From Minutocellus sp. GHC0000111 (taxonomy: Eukaryota), in the NCBI GenBank assembly GCA_977018835.1, contig OZ361256.1:4464001-4528000 (forward strand): a DNA stretch of 64,000 nucleotides, written 5' to 3'. This document shows positions 34,193 through 45,828 of the stretch, one piece after another (within the stretch, counting starts at the first letter, position 1; each line of letters begins with the position of its first letter). The notes under the pieces are model-generated. The model had not been told where the DNA came from. It made no database searches and saw only the letters and a list, made by a program, of their open reading frames with translations. The translations under genes were made by a program, and so were the position numbers.

Positions 34193-34961
34193 TCGTGGCC
34201 TCGGAAAGGCGCATGTTGTTCCCCACCAGCTCCTCCCACCGCGCCCCCAGCCGATTCAGCTTCGGTGCCGCCTCCTCCTCCTGCATCGTCTTGCGCCGGG
34301 CGTTGACGTCGTCGACCCGCGCCCGCTGGACGGTGAGGCCGTCCGACAGGGCGGCCACCGCCCCCCGCTCCAGGGAAGCGTTGGCATGCTTCCACAGCGC
34401 CGATTCGAATTCCGACTGCAGTTCCAGATTGGTCAGGCGGGACCGATGATGTTCCAATGCCACCTTGGCCCGATCGATGGATTGTCGGAACTGCTCGGCG
34501 GATAATACTGTGCCGTCGTCTTCCCCCAGAGCCGGCAGGTCGGTGCTGTGCGTGGAGGATGGAACGTGGGCCTCAGTCACTGGTCGGGGGGCGCCGCCTC
34601 GTGCTACCAGCGCGGCATATTCTCTCTGGTTGATCGATGATGCCTCACCACCACCTGTGCTGCTTGCGTTAGCAGCATTTGCATCTGTGCGTCGTCCGAA
34701 CCGAGGTCCTTCGTCCAGCACATTTCGGCCGAGGTGGGGCAGAGATATCGTGTCGGGATGGGGCCGAAACTTTGACATCTCCTCCTCAATGAGCGACGCC
34801 GCGTATGCCTCGTAGTCCGGATGCGAATAGTCGATGTAGGGGAGGGAGTCCAGCACCAGAGGCTCCTGAGACGAAGACTGCCCTTCGTCAGAATGGCCAG
34901 ATGCTTCGGCGGTCGTGGTGGTGGTTTCTGGTCCTCCGACCATGACAGCTGCAGAGGACAT
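34092..34961 (-). CDS. BCAS2: Splicing factor SPF27/BCAS2, with C-terminus altered by a 64-bp tandem duplication
   Basis: LDSLPYID..LIEEEM, LEHHRSRLTNLEL..WK, VNARRKTMQ..L..L...W.ELV..N. Confidence 0.88.
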   Translation of the reverse strand: MSSAAVMVGGPETTTTTAEASGHSDEGQSSSQEPLVLDSLPYIDYSHPDYEAYAASLIEEEMSKFRPHPDTISLPHLGRNVLDEGPRFGRRTDANAANASSTGGGEASSINQREYAALVARGGAPRPVTEAHVPSSTHSTDLPALGEDDGTVLSAEQFRQSIDRAKVALEHHRSRLTNLELQSEFESALWKHANASLERGAVAALSDGLTVQRARVDDVNARRKTMQEEEAAPKLNRLGARWEELVGNNMRLSEATRLLQEEVARLRTEAGEAEEVKEAAARGGGQIED

Positions 34962-35442
34962 TTTACGGAAATTCTTTTGGCAACAAGGCAAAGAATATGG
35001 TTCGCTGCAAGTTGAATTGTATCGCGTCGCGAGTGGTGCTCCTGTACGAGTGCTGGTGGCGTATCTTCTCAGGCGGCAAAACAGCACATCTTGTGACGAT
35101 TTTCCTCCCGAACAGAACGAAGGACAGACTAACAAATGAGAGAAGGACAGACGACATTTTTTCATCGAGGGGGGGGATGGGAGCAAGGGCCTTGGGGGAG
35201 TGCTGATGGCGCGCGCTGGCCCGGCTTTGCTGCATGTGGTGGTTGTTTGATTGGACGTCTCGCCAAATAAGCAGGAGCAAACATGTCAAGATGAGAAAGG
35301 ATCGTGAAGTAAGTGGGCGATGTGAATGCAGAACGTCTTGTCGGCGCGTAAAGCAAGTGCCCGGCCTGTACTTTCTCGAGGGAAAACAGAAGAAGAGGCA
35401 TTCGGTCGATCAAAAGATCTTTTGAATTGTTGACTGAGAGCC

Positions 35443-38400
35443 ATGGTCCGATATGTCGCCCCGGCCTCGTGGCTTCTAGCCGCCGGCCTCCTGACAAATA
35501 CTGTCGGCCGTCATGGTGTCGAGGCCACTTCCGATCTCGTCGAGACCAATGCAAAGGCGCCAGAATCGAACGCCGAAATCGTTGATAGCAACAAAGTCGA
35601 CAGCTTCGTCTGGTCTCTGCCAGAAGCCATCGCCAAGGCGACCGGCCACGAACCCATCACCGAGTGGAAGGAATATCTCTTCAAGGATCCATTCGGCGAA
35701 GAAGACGACGTTGGATCTACCGCCGCCATCTATCCTCTCCGTGAGCCGAAAAAGAATGGCGTCTACCAAGTCAACTGGAAGGGTGGTAATACCGGTGGTG
35801 GTGGTACTGTGCGAGGAAGTAAGGTATGGTGGCCCTCCATCACCTGCCCGTATGGTGGATCTATGGACGTTGACAATTATGGCAAGGAGAAGTGCATCGG
35901 CGTCGGACAGGGCATCTGCAAGGATAGATGGCAGTTTGGCATCAGACATCACGTTGACAACACGTATCTGATGCTTTGGCGAGAGGACGATCCCATGAAC
36001 CCTGTCTACAAGTGGTTCCCTGGCGCTACAAGTCTGTGCATCGGTGAGCGGTATCCCAACGTGGCATATCTTCGTGTCGTGTATGACGACTGCTTGTATT
36101 ATCTCATCGGCCCGGGTGCTGGAAGTGCTGACAATCTCGCTCGCCTCAAAATTGTCGCCGACAATCAGCGGTACAAGCCCAACGATGTTATCGTCAAGTT
36201 CCGAGACGGTCCTGGCGATCAGAATGCTCTGTGGCAGATCTTTGCCAACGGTTTTTCTCGGACGAGCCCTGACGCTCTCTGGTATCCCATCCCATGCGAC
36301 ACCGAAAGCCCAAGCTCATCTCCCTCCGCCACTCCAACTATTTCGATGCAACCCTCGGCTAGTCCAACAGATATGCCCTCGAGCAGCCCCAGCGCAAGTC
36401 CGAGTGCGTTGCCCTCGGCGAGTCCCAGTGCAAGCCCGAGTACATCGCCCTCGTCAAGTCCGTCTGGATCACCATCAAGCAGTCCGACAACGGAACCCTC
36501 CTCGTTGCCTTCTGCATCACCTACCAGCGCTCCGACATCAGAGCCGTCTTCGTCGCCGAGCTCGTCTCCGACTAGTACTCCTTCGAGTGAGCCATCAATA
36601 TCGTCCCAGCCAACGGCAGCCTCTTGTCTTCCATCGCCAACAATGAATATTGGCACAAATGCCGGTGGGAGCCTCACCTTCACCCTCATGTCAATGCCGC
36701 AGGCTGTTTTTTATGTCGAGCTGCGCACTTTTGTTAGGGGAGATTTCGGCCAGCCACGCGAGTTTGCTACTTTTTCTTGGATCAATGGTACAGAACCATT
36801 GCCGCCGCCGATTGGGTTAAATCCGGACAACTTCATTGGAATAAATGATGGAGGCAATGGGATCGATTGTGACCCCGTTTATCACCAAGAAGCCTTTGCC
36901 ATTCCAGTTGACACTTATAATGCGTGGGTTCAAGAAGGCAGCGGTACCATCCCAATCTTTATGCAGACGACCGATGATGTGAATGTTTGTGACCCCTATG
37001 CTGAGGCCTACATCCAAATCCAGGTTGACGAGGGATGTGGTACTTTCTCCAATGCGCCAAGCTCGTCGCCGAGCATCCGTCCGTCCAACGTGCCTTCCAC
37101 AACACTCGCTCCAAGTTCGTCACCGAGCTTGGAACCTTCAAATGAACCTTCCATTTCGGCAGAGCCCTCGAGTGAGCCATCAATCTCATCGCAACCGACG
37201 GCAGCCTCGTGTCTTCCATCTCCAACCATGGACACAGGAACGCCTGGAGGTAGCCTCACCTTCGCCCTCACGTCGATGCCGCTGGCTTCCTTCTACGTCG
37301 AGCTGCGCACTTTTGTTAGAGGAGATTTTTCTTCGAACTCTGAGTTTGCTGACTTCTTCTGGGTCAACGCCACGGAACCACTGCCGCCGCCAGCGAACCA
37401 GGACAACTTCATTGGGCGAAATGGCGGCGGCGGAGACTGCGACCCAGACTACTTCCAACAGGCCTTCTTTGTTTCTGTCGATACTTACAACTCATGGGTT
37501 CAAGAGGGCAACGGTACCATCGCGATCTTTATGGACACTCCTGGTTCAGTGAACGTATGCGGTCCAACATATGCGGAAGCATTCATTCAGTTCCAGGTTG
37601 ATGAGGGATGCGGTACTTTCTCAAATGCACCAAGCTCGTTGCCCAGTGCTACCCCATCTTCCAAACCTACAGCCTCGCAGTCTCCTAGCTCATCACTGGC
37701 TCCTTCCCATTCTCCTTCCATATCACTTGCACCAAGCTCTTCGCCAAGCGATGTCCCAAGTGAGATACCCACAATTTCATTGCGCCCCAGCCAATCGCCG
37801 AGCTGAACTCCTTCTGCTTCGCCTTCCATCTCGCTCGAGCCTTCTAGTAACCCATCGCAGTCATTTGCTCCAAGTTTGTCGCCGAGCAGCAGCCCTTCAA
37901 GCCCACCATCAACCTCATCGCAACCGACAGCGACCTCTTGCCTTCCATCTCCTACAATGGACGTAGGAACGCCTGGAGGTAGCCTCACATTCACCCTGGC
38001 ATCCATGCCGCTCGCTTCTTTCTACGTCGAGTTGCGTACATTTGTTAGAGGAGATTTTTCATCGAGCTCAGAGTATGCCGATTTCTTCTGGGTGAATGGC
38101 ACGGAACCATTGCCGCCGCCTGCAAATCCGGATAGCTTCATCGGTCGAAATGGCGGCGGAGGAGACTGCGATCCAGACTACTTCCAGCAGACCTTCGTCA
38201 TTTCCGTCGATACGTACAACGCATGGGTACTCGTGGGCAATGGGACGATCCCAATCTTTATGGATACTCCCAGTGACGTGAATATTTGCAGTCCGACATA
38301 TGCCGAAGCGTTCATTCAATTCCAGGTCGATGAAGCTTGTGGTACTTTCTCTTTTTCCCCAAGTACGCTACCGAGCAACCCTCCCTCTAATATGCCCTCA

Positions 38401-39264
38401 ACATCCTCTGAACCAAGCTTGATGCCGAGTAATCTCCCGTCTATCAGTCCATCATTCTCATTTGAACCGACATCATCACAAGCTCCTTCTATCAGCCCTT
38501 CGCTGTCATTGGAACCTTCAAGTGTTCCATCACTGTCGGCAGCTCCGACTAGCTGTACTGATACGTCTATTCTCACTACCTTCGATTCCAACAATGGACA
38601 ATCAGGAAATATGTTTGATGTTGTGGCAAAGGAGAAAATCGAGATTACCGGTATTAAAAGCGTGAACATTGGAAGTACCGGATCATTGCAAACTCTTGTT
38701 GTATTTACAAAAAGTGGCTCTTATGCTGGTTTTGAAACAAACTCCTCTGCTTGGACTCAGTGGGGCAGGCTCGATGTAATCTCGGCTGGACCGGACGTGC
38801 CCACATTTGTTCCAGCAGATTCTTTCACATTTTCTTTCGTATTGAGCGCGGGAGAGACACGGTCCTTTTATGTTTTCCTTGAGTCGGGTGATATGCGTTA
38901 CAGAAATGGAGTTACAGAAGGCGGACTACTATCTCAGGATGAATCGATGCAAGTCTTGACAGGTATCGGTAGGTCGCTCCCCGCATTTGCCGGTTCCATT
39001 TTTACACCAAGATCTTGGAATGGAGAAATTTCCTACACGAAATGCAGCACTTCCTCTTCCTCCTCCCCTCCTTTGGGATTGGGGGGAGCTTCTAGCCTCA
39101 CGGCTTCTGGGAATTTCTTAAATGATGCAAAGACAAGTACGGGTGGTGCAGACGAGATGACCGAAGATGAACTTTGGGAATTTAAAAGGATTCAGGCGGA
39201 AGGATTACAGAGTGAGGAAGGGGACAGCAATTATGTGGGCGACACCGGTGGTGGCGATGAATGA
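35443..39264 (+). CDS. Secreted family paralogue 1: conserved N-domain, S/P stalks, three ~140-aa repeat domains and a C-terminal domain; in-frame TGA at 37804-37806
   Basis: Signal peptide; ORFs 35443..37806 and 37876..39264 are in the same frame and the S/P pattern continues through the stop. Confidence 0.8.
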
Positions 39265-42013
39265 ACAAGTGAGACCAAAGATCTGAAGCCACCGACCTAA
39301 TGTTTATGTTATGATTACATGTTAATCAAGTCCAAAATTGGCACTAAGCTTAGAGAAATTCACATGATGTAGTAGATTTTTCCACGGAGGGTCAGGGTTT
39401 ATGATCACCGTGCAAACGCAACATTCATTTTGCTGGTATTTGTAACCCATTGTATTCTCACACAAAGATAAGGAAAACCAAAACTGTAAGTTTTGTCGTC
39501 TGAAAGGTCAAAATTACCAACGCGACGATAATTTGGGCCCATGCGCGTCCATTCACTGCACCAGTACCATATTCCCACCTACACAAGATATGAGGTGGCT
39601 CATTGATGAAAGTTTCGCGGGGCTACTGCAACGATTGGTGGTTTCGTGAGCGTCGCAATGTTTCGTGGAGGTCGACGCCAGATTTCGCGGGGTGATGATT
39701 CGAAATACCAATGATGGTACTGGACGAGAATGAATTACAACTTCTCAATGGGAAGGGCATCATTCAACGGTCTTCAACATACCTGAGCGACCTCTATGCT
39801 CATGGAAGGTCCTTCGTACCGGTATGGAAAGTTATAGAGGCAAATCGACGTGAAAATTCGACGATTTTATCGTGGATCGCGGTGGTCGTCGACCTCCACG
39901 AAGAGTCAGGGCTTTAACTCAACAAATAATCACGAACTCAATAACACTCGCATAGCGCCACATCGGGATATGTACCTAGTGGGATTCTATGGGCAGTAGT
40001 TGTAGTAGAATGGCTTACTTGGCTATTTCTAGAAGTTACGAACATCTGAGAGTTAGATCGGGGCCGGCGGGAGCCCCGTCACAACTGCTACAGATGATTG
40101 CGACTACTGTGCTTCATAAAGTGAACAAGTTTAGATCACCAACAAAAAAATACCTTCTTATGGACAAACATACTGGAACTAAAACGGATAGAATACTCTT
40201 GATTTCGTCGGCATTCCGATCTATCATCGTCCTCTCTCGAGGTATCAAGTACGAAACCTCTTACAGAGAATTTCCCAATCCAAAATCACTTATGAATCTC
40301 AGAACAGCATTGGATGCTGCTCCGAAGAACAAAGAATGACAAAGGGCCCGATTTTCCCCATTGGGGTTTTAGGGGGCATTGACACAATGAATGAATAAAA
40401 TGAACCGGTATGGTTTCGCCCTTCCTGAGGGGAAGCTAAACCGGGGGTTATCCACCATTTTGGTCGGGGCAATTTACCCCTTCCTTCTCCTTCCTGTGTG
40501 TTGGAGTATCGCACCGAATGGTAGCGGATTGTGAGTGTGAAACCTTAGCTTAAGCTAAAACTACGTTTTCCATATCATCGTCCTCTCTCAGCAAGGTTGA
40601 CCTCCGGCAACTTTGATGCAGGCCCCCAAAACTGTGAATGCAATCAATAAATTTACACCCATGACTCGCAGCAACCCGATCAAACTCACCAAATACCAAA
40701 ACCTATGCATTACCAGGAGGCATTCGCATGGGGCTGATTTCGAATTTCCATGCATGGGGCGAATGATATCAATTCTACACCTGTGGTTCAAGGCGCCTCT
40801 GCTTCCAGCCAGTTTCATCCAGACATTCCACATTCGCCAAGAAGATATGTTACCGACCCCTTTTTTTTACCACCAGGCAATTTCCAACCTCCTCATATAT
40901 GAAGCTTTCTACGTTAACCGATAGAGTCACCAGATCGACATTGTCGGTACCGGTAGGTCCAATCGGGAGGCAAAATTCAACCTACAAGAACGCAAAATTT
41001 TACTGCATCGACGACCATGAGCGAAATTGACATGATTTTCCAATGCAGACTGCTTTGGCACCACCATCTATATCCTTAGGATGTCTCCAAAGCAAAAAAT
41101 CGGCAGTTGGGTTGATTTTCAAGCCAACGAACTACCTCCAACCCCAACTGGTACAAACCTCCCAGAACCTGCCCCGTAGCGAACCATTGGCGCGGAGTGA
41201 GGGCACCAAAACATGTTGTGGAGGCCTATGCAACGAGCCAAAACAATTCATACGCACACTGACAGGCAAGCAAGACTCTTCGATAGGTCCCGACGGTATA
41301 TTACCTCATTCTCCACGATCCGGCTCCTGGTGCGGTGGGGCCCACGTCGAGAAATTCGACGTCGGGTCGAGTCGAGTTCGTGGCGAACAAATAAATGCAC
41401 GAGAATGCAGACGTGGGACCAAAAAATGCTATCTATGTGCATACATGGCCATGTGGTCCCATCCAGTCGCTCTCAATGGCGATGCAACCGTCTCAAATCA
41501 CCATCATCCACCACCAGGAGGGGCCGGTCGAAAGACGTGATGGGAGGAATTTCCAGTTTTAGATTTCGCGAAAAAGACGCAAGAAAGTAACACGATTTGG
41601 CCAATCAAAAGGCATCAAATGCTAGTCAATGGTGTTGCCAAACATTTTAAATGAATCATTCGATAGACCAAATCTCTAGCGGCCGCCATGCTATTCCGCT
41701 CTGCGCAGGCAGCAGCAGATTCTTACCAGTTTGCCTAACCACAGTCTGTGCCACCAGCAAGTCAAGTTCTACATTAATTTCCGGGTTACAATAACAGAGC
41801 GCTTTTTACGCCGTGAAGCGCGCCGGCATTGCCGCCATCGCAAAACAAAAAGTAAACGGTCGCAGCTTGTTGGACCTTGTTGGACGAACCGGCACACATC
41901 GTTGCTTACTTTGTTCGTTACCGTGGGACGCATCCGTTTCCTCTGTATTTGCTTGTATTGGTTGCTACTGGTTGGAGATTGACTCATAGTCCAGTTCAAA
42001 ACTGCTGATCACA

Positions 42014-45000
42014 ATGGCTAGATTTGCACCTGCTCTGGCCTCGTGGCTCTTCGCGGCCGCGAGCCTTACGATTTCAGTTGGCCATCATGGCGTAGATGCC
42101 ATCGAAGTCGGCGACGTCGATCCCAGCACCGAAAATCAACAACCTCTCGGAACCGACAGCATTGTCTCCATCGAACCGAATGTAGCAACAGCATCCGCCG
42201 GTACTGTCGCCGGCATCGATGGCTCTGACTCCTGGTCCTGGCCCGATGCCATCGTCAAGGCCACTGCAAAGGAGCCGATCACCCAGTGGAAGGAATATCT
42301 CTTCAAGGACCCCTTCGGCGAAAGCACCGACGGCGGGCCGACTTCCGCCATCTTTCCCACCCAAACTGTCAGCCCGGACAGTCTCAACTGGCATGCCGAT
42401 TCTGGCGCCGGCGGCATCCGAGGAACCTGGTGGCCGTCCATCACCTGCCCGTATGGCGGTGCCATGCAGGTCGAAAATTTTGGACAAGAGCAATGCATCG
42501 GCGTCGGACAGGGCATCTGCAAGGATGGATGGCAGTTTGGCATCAGACATCATATTGATAAGACGTATCTGATGCTTTGGAGGGAGGACCAGCCTGCCTA
42601 TCCCGTCTATCAGTGGTTCCCCGGCGCTACAAGTCTCTGCATCGGCGAGCGGTATCCCAACGTGGCATATCTTCGTGTCGTTTATGAAGATTGCCTGTAT
42701 TATCTCATCGGCCCAGGTGCTGGAAGTGATTCGAACCTTGCCCGTCTCAAGATTGTCGCCGATACGCAGAATTACAGACCCAGCGACGTCATTGTCAAGT
42801 TCCGAGACGGTCCTGGTGATCAGAATGCTCTGTGGCAGATCTTTGCCAATGGTTTTTCTCAGACGAGCCTGACGCGCTCTGGTATCCCATCCCATGCGAC
42901 ACCGAAAGCCCAAGCTCCAGTCCAACAGATGTGCCGTCGAGCAGCCCCAGCGCAAGTCCAACAGATGTGCCGTCGAGCAGCCCTAGCGCGAGCCCGAGTG
43001 CGTCGCCCTCGGCGAGTCCCACTGGACATCCGAGCTCGTCGCCCACGAGCGCTCCAAGCGCAGTGCCCTCGAGCAGTCCTTCTGTAATTCCCAGCGACTC
43101 TCCCACGAGCGCTCCAAGCGCATCGCCTTCGAGTATCCCGACATCCGAGCCCTCCTCATCGCCGAGCGCATCTCCGTCGAATGTTCCCACGACATCTTCA
43201 GCGCCAAGCTCATCGCCCTCGGACCTTCCCAGCTTGGAGCCTTCTGCGTCACCATCGGTTGTGCCTAGTCTTAGTCCCACCTCCAGCCCAAGTTTGACTC
43301 CTTCTGGAGAGCCGTCAGATATTCCCAGCCTGTCTCCATCGGCCGACCCGAGCCAGGCACCCTCGTCCAACCCGACTGTTTCGTCGGAACCTTCGGCAGG
43401 TCCCACCATTTCGTCGATGCCGAGCATTTCATCAGAGCCATCCGGATCTCCATCGAGCACGCCCAGGTGAGACTCATATATATATATAGTGGATATTTTC
43501 AAGTTTCAGTTCATTTGTTTGTCATGCTCTGCTCCTACTCATAGCATACTCTCCCGACCGAAAGATGCCAAACAATAAATGAGATCTTTCAGATATGTTT
43601 GTGGACAAATTGGAATCGTTCTGAGCAGTCTCTTATACATTTCCTGAATATTTATTCTCAAAATCATGCACACGCAATAGACCCTTACGACCCTATTCTC
43701 TTTCTCTGATCAAAATTCGTTATTGCCTCCTACATGTAGTCTCACTCCATCGTCGAGCCCCAGCTTGGCACCATCGTCATCTCCGTCGGATTCGCCAAGC
43801 GCTCTCCCCTCGACTAGCCCAAGCCAGGCACCCTCTTCTAATCCGACTGTATCGTCGGAACCATCAGCAGGGCCAACCATATCGTCCATGCCGAGCATTT
43901 CATCGGAACCTTCGAGCGAACCCAGCACTGCTCCTTCTTCCATGCCAAGTGTTTCGTCTGCACCCTCCACGCTTCCCAGCTCGGAACCATCGTCAGATCC
44001 GTCCAGCGAGCCTTCCAATATACCATCATTGGAGCCGTCGGCCACGCCAAGTATCTCACTGGCACCTTCGGCCGGACCTTCCCAACGCCCAAGCCAATCT
44101 CCCAGTGTTCAACCATCTGACATCCCATCGACTTCTCCATCTGACGTGCCCTCCGATATCCCAAGCGAAATGCCGTCCGTTTCGGCCATGCCCAGCATGT
44201 CAAGTGAGCCATCATCGGTGCCTTCTAGTGCACCCTCCTCCACGCCGAGCCTGTCGAATGCGCCATCGGCTACGAGCAGCCCCAGCGCAAGTCCAACAGA
44301 TGTGCCGTCGAGCAGCCCTAGCGCGAGCCCGAGTGCGTCGCCCTCGGCGAGTCCCACTGGACATCCGAGCTCGTCGCCCACGAGCGCTCCAAGCGCAGTG
44401 CCCTCGAGCAGTCCTTCTGTAATTCCCAGCGACTCTCCCACGAGCGCTCCAAGCGCATCGCCTTCGAGTATCCCGACATCCGAGCCCTCCTCATCGCCGA
44501 GCGCATCTCCATCGAATGTTCCCACGACATCTTCAGCGCCAAGCTCATCGCCCTCGGACCTTCCCAGCTTGGAGCCTTCTGCGTCACCATCGGTTGTGCC
44601 TAGTCTTAGTCCCACCTCCAGCCCAAGTTTGACTCCTTCTGGAGAGCCGTCAGATATTCCCAGCCTGTCTCCATCGGCCGACCCGAGCCAGGCACCGAAT
44701 GCGCCATCGGCTATACCCTCCGAAAGTCCGAGCCTTGCTCCGAGCTCGACGCCATCGGGCGTCCCATCTAGCCAGCCAACAATGTCGTCCATGCCCAGTT
44801 CTTCGCCGGCACCTTCGGCCGTGCCGAGTTTGTCGAGTGCTCCTTCGGAAAGTCTTAGCCCAAGTTCAGTGCCATCCGTTCCTCCCAGTGGGCAACCATC
44901 GGTATCTTCGATGCCCAGCTTGACCTGTAACCCAATGCAGATTGGCATGGGCATGGGTGGATGCGCAAATAATGACTTTTGTTGCGGCAACGGTGTGTGT

Positions 45001-45123
45001 GCAATGAATGCAAATGACTGCGAAGGAAGCATCTGCGGCAATTGCATGGGCGATGTCTGCTGCCCAGCCGGTTCTGATAATGCTGGGCAGTGCCTCTCTT
45101 CGCTTTCGGATTGCTATATGTAA
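42014..45123 (+). CDS. Secreted family paralogue 2 (1-bp frameshift near 42868; intron 43467-43739); long S/P stalk and Cys-rich tail
   Basis: N-domain highly similar to paralogue 1; the GT-AG intron joins S/P frames; C-terminal CANNDFCC..CCP..C. Confidence 0.78.
42938..44696 (+). repeat. Internal 424-bp near-identical duplication (42938-43361 and 44273-44696) in the paralogue 2 stalk
   Basis: Direct repeat at offset 1335; one mismatch noticed. Confidence 0.9.
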
Positions 45124-45828
45124 GAAAATATTCCCTCATCACATCGCTACAGGTAGCAGCGCCGTGTTTCTGTTGGGCAGATTGGTGCGCAACTTTTCAT
45201 CTTTCTTTTCAGTCACAACCAACCGATGGGTTGAGCCGAGCCAAAGAGCCATATTTTGAAGGACTATGCAGTGTGCTTGATCCCTTTTATGTTCAAGAAT
45301 TATTACATGTATTTCATCAAGACCATTTTTTAGAGAAAAGAGATATCCCGGCACGTCGTTCAGTAAGCAAGCACCATTTTAAAGAGGGTGTCCCCATGTG
45401 ACGTCCCCGCTGTGCCGGTAATCTCGCAACGTCGTGAAAATGTAATCCAAATAAAAACTTTGCTTTTTAGTATCATGTGAAATGTACACGTACTTGAGAA
45501 GTTTGGAGTTATCTGCTCGGAAAAGCAAATCGTGCCGTCAGCCGCCATGCATGCGCCGGTTGACGCACAGCCGCGCGCTTTTTACGCGCCATGACGCTCT
45601 CTTCAGCCGTTGGACGTTACTTTGACGGTCAGACATGGCGCAGACGCCGATCTTTCTTCTGCCAGCTTACTTGCTTGTATTGGTTTGAAGTATCGCCACA
45701 TCTGAATTTGCTTATTTTTGCTGGTTTGAAGATCAACCGCCATCTTTGATGGCTCGCCGTTGGTCCTTGGATCGGCGGTTCGCCACCGCTGCTGCTGGGC
45801 CACGAAAGATGTATTATTTTCTGTCATC

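Noticed and set aside
16435..37806. TGA reassignment or selenocysteine to explain two in-frame TGAs
   Set aside because: TGA terminates ordinary genes here (9541, 18816, 29472), and neither context resembles a redox active site.
39300..41990. Short ORFs in the intergenic region between paralogues 1 and 2
   Set aside because: No recognisable motifs or consistent frame; cannot be supported as genes.
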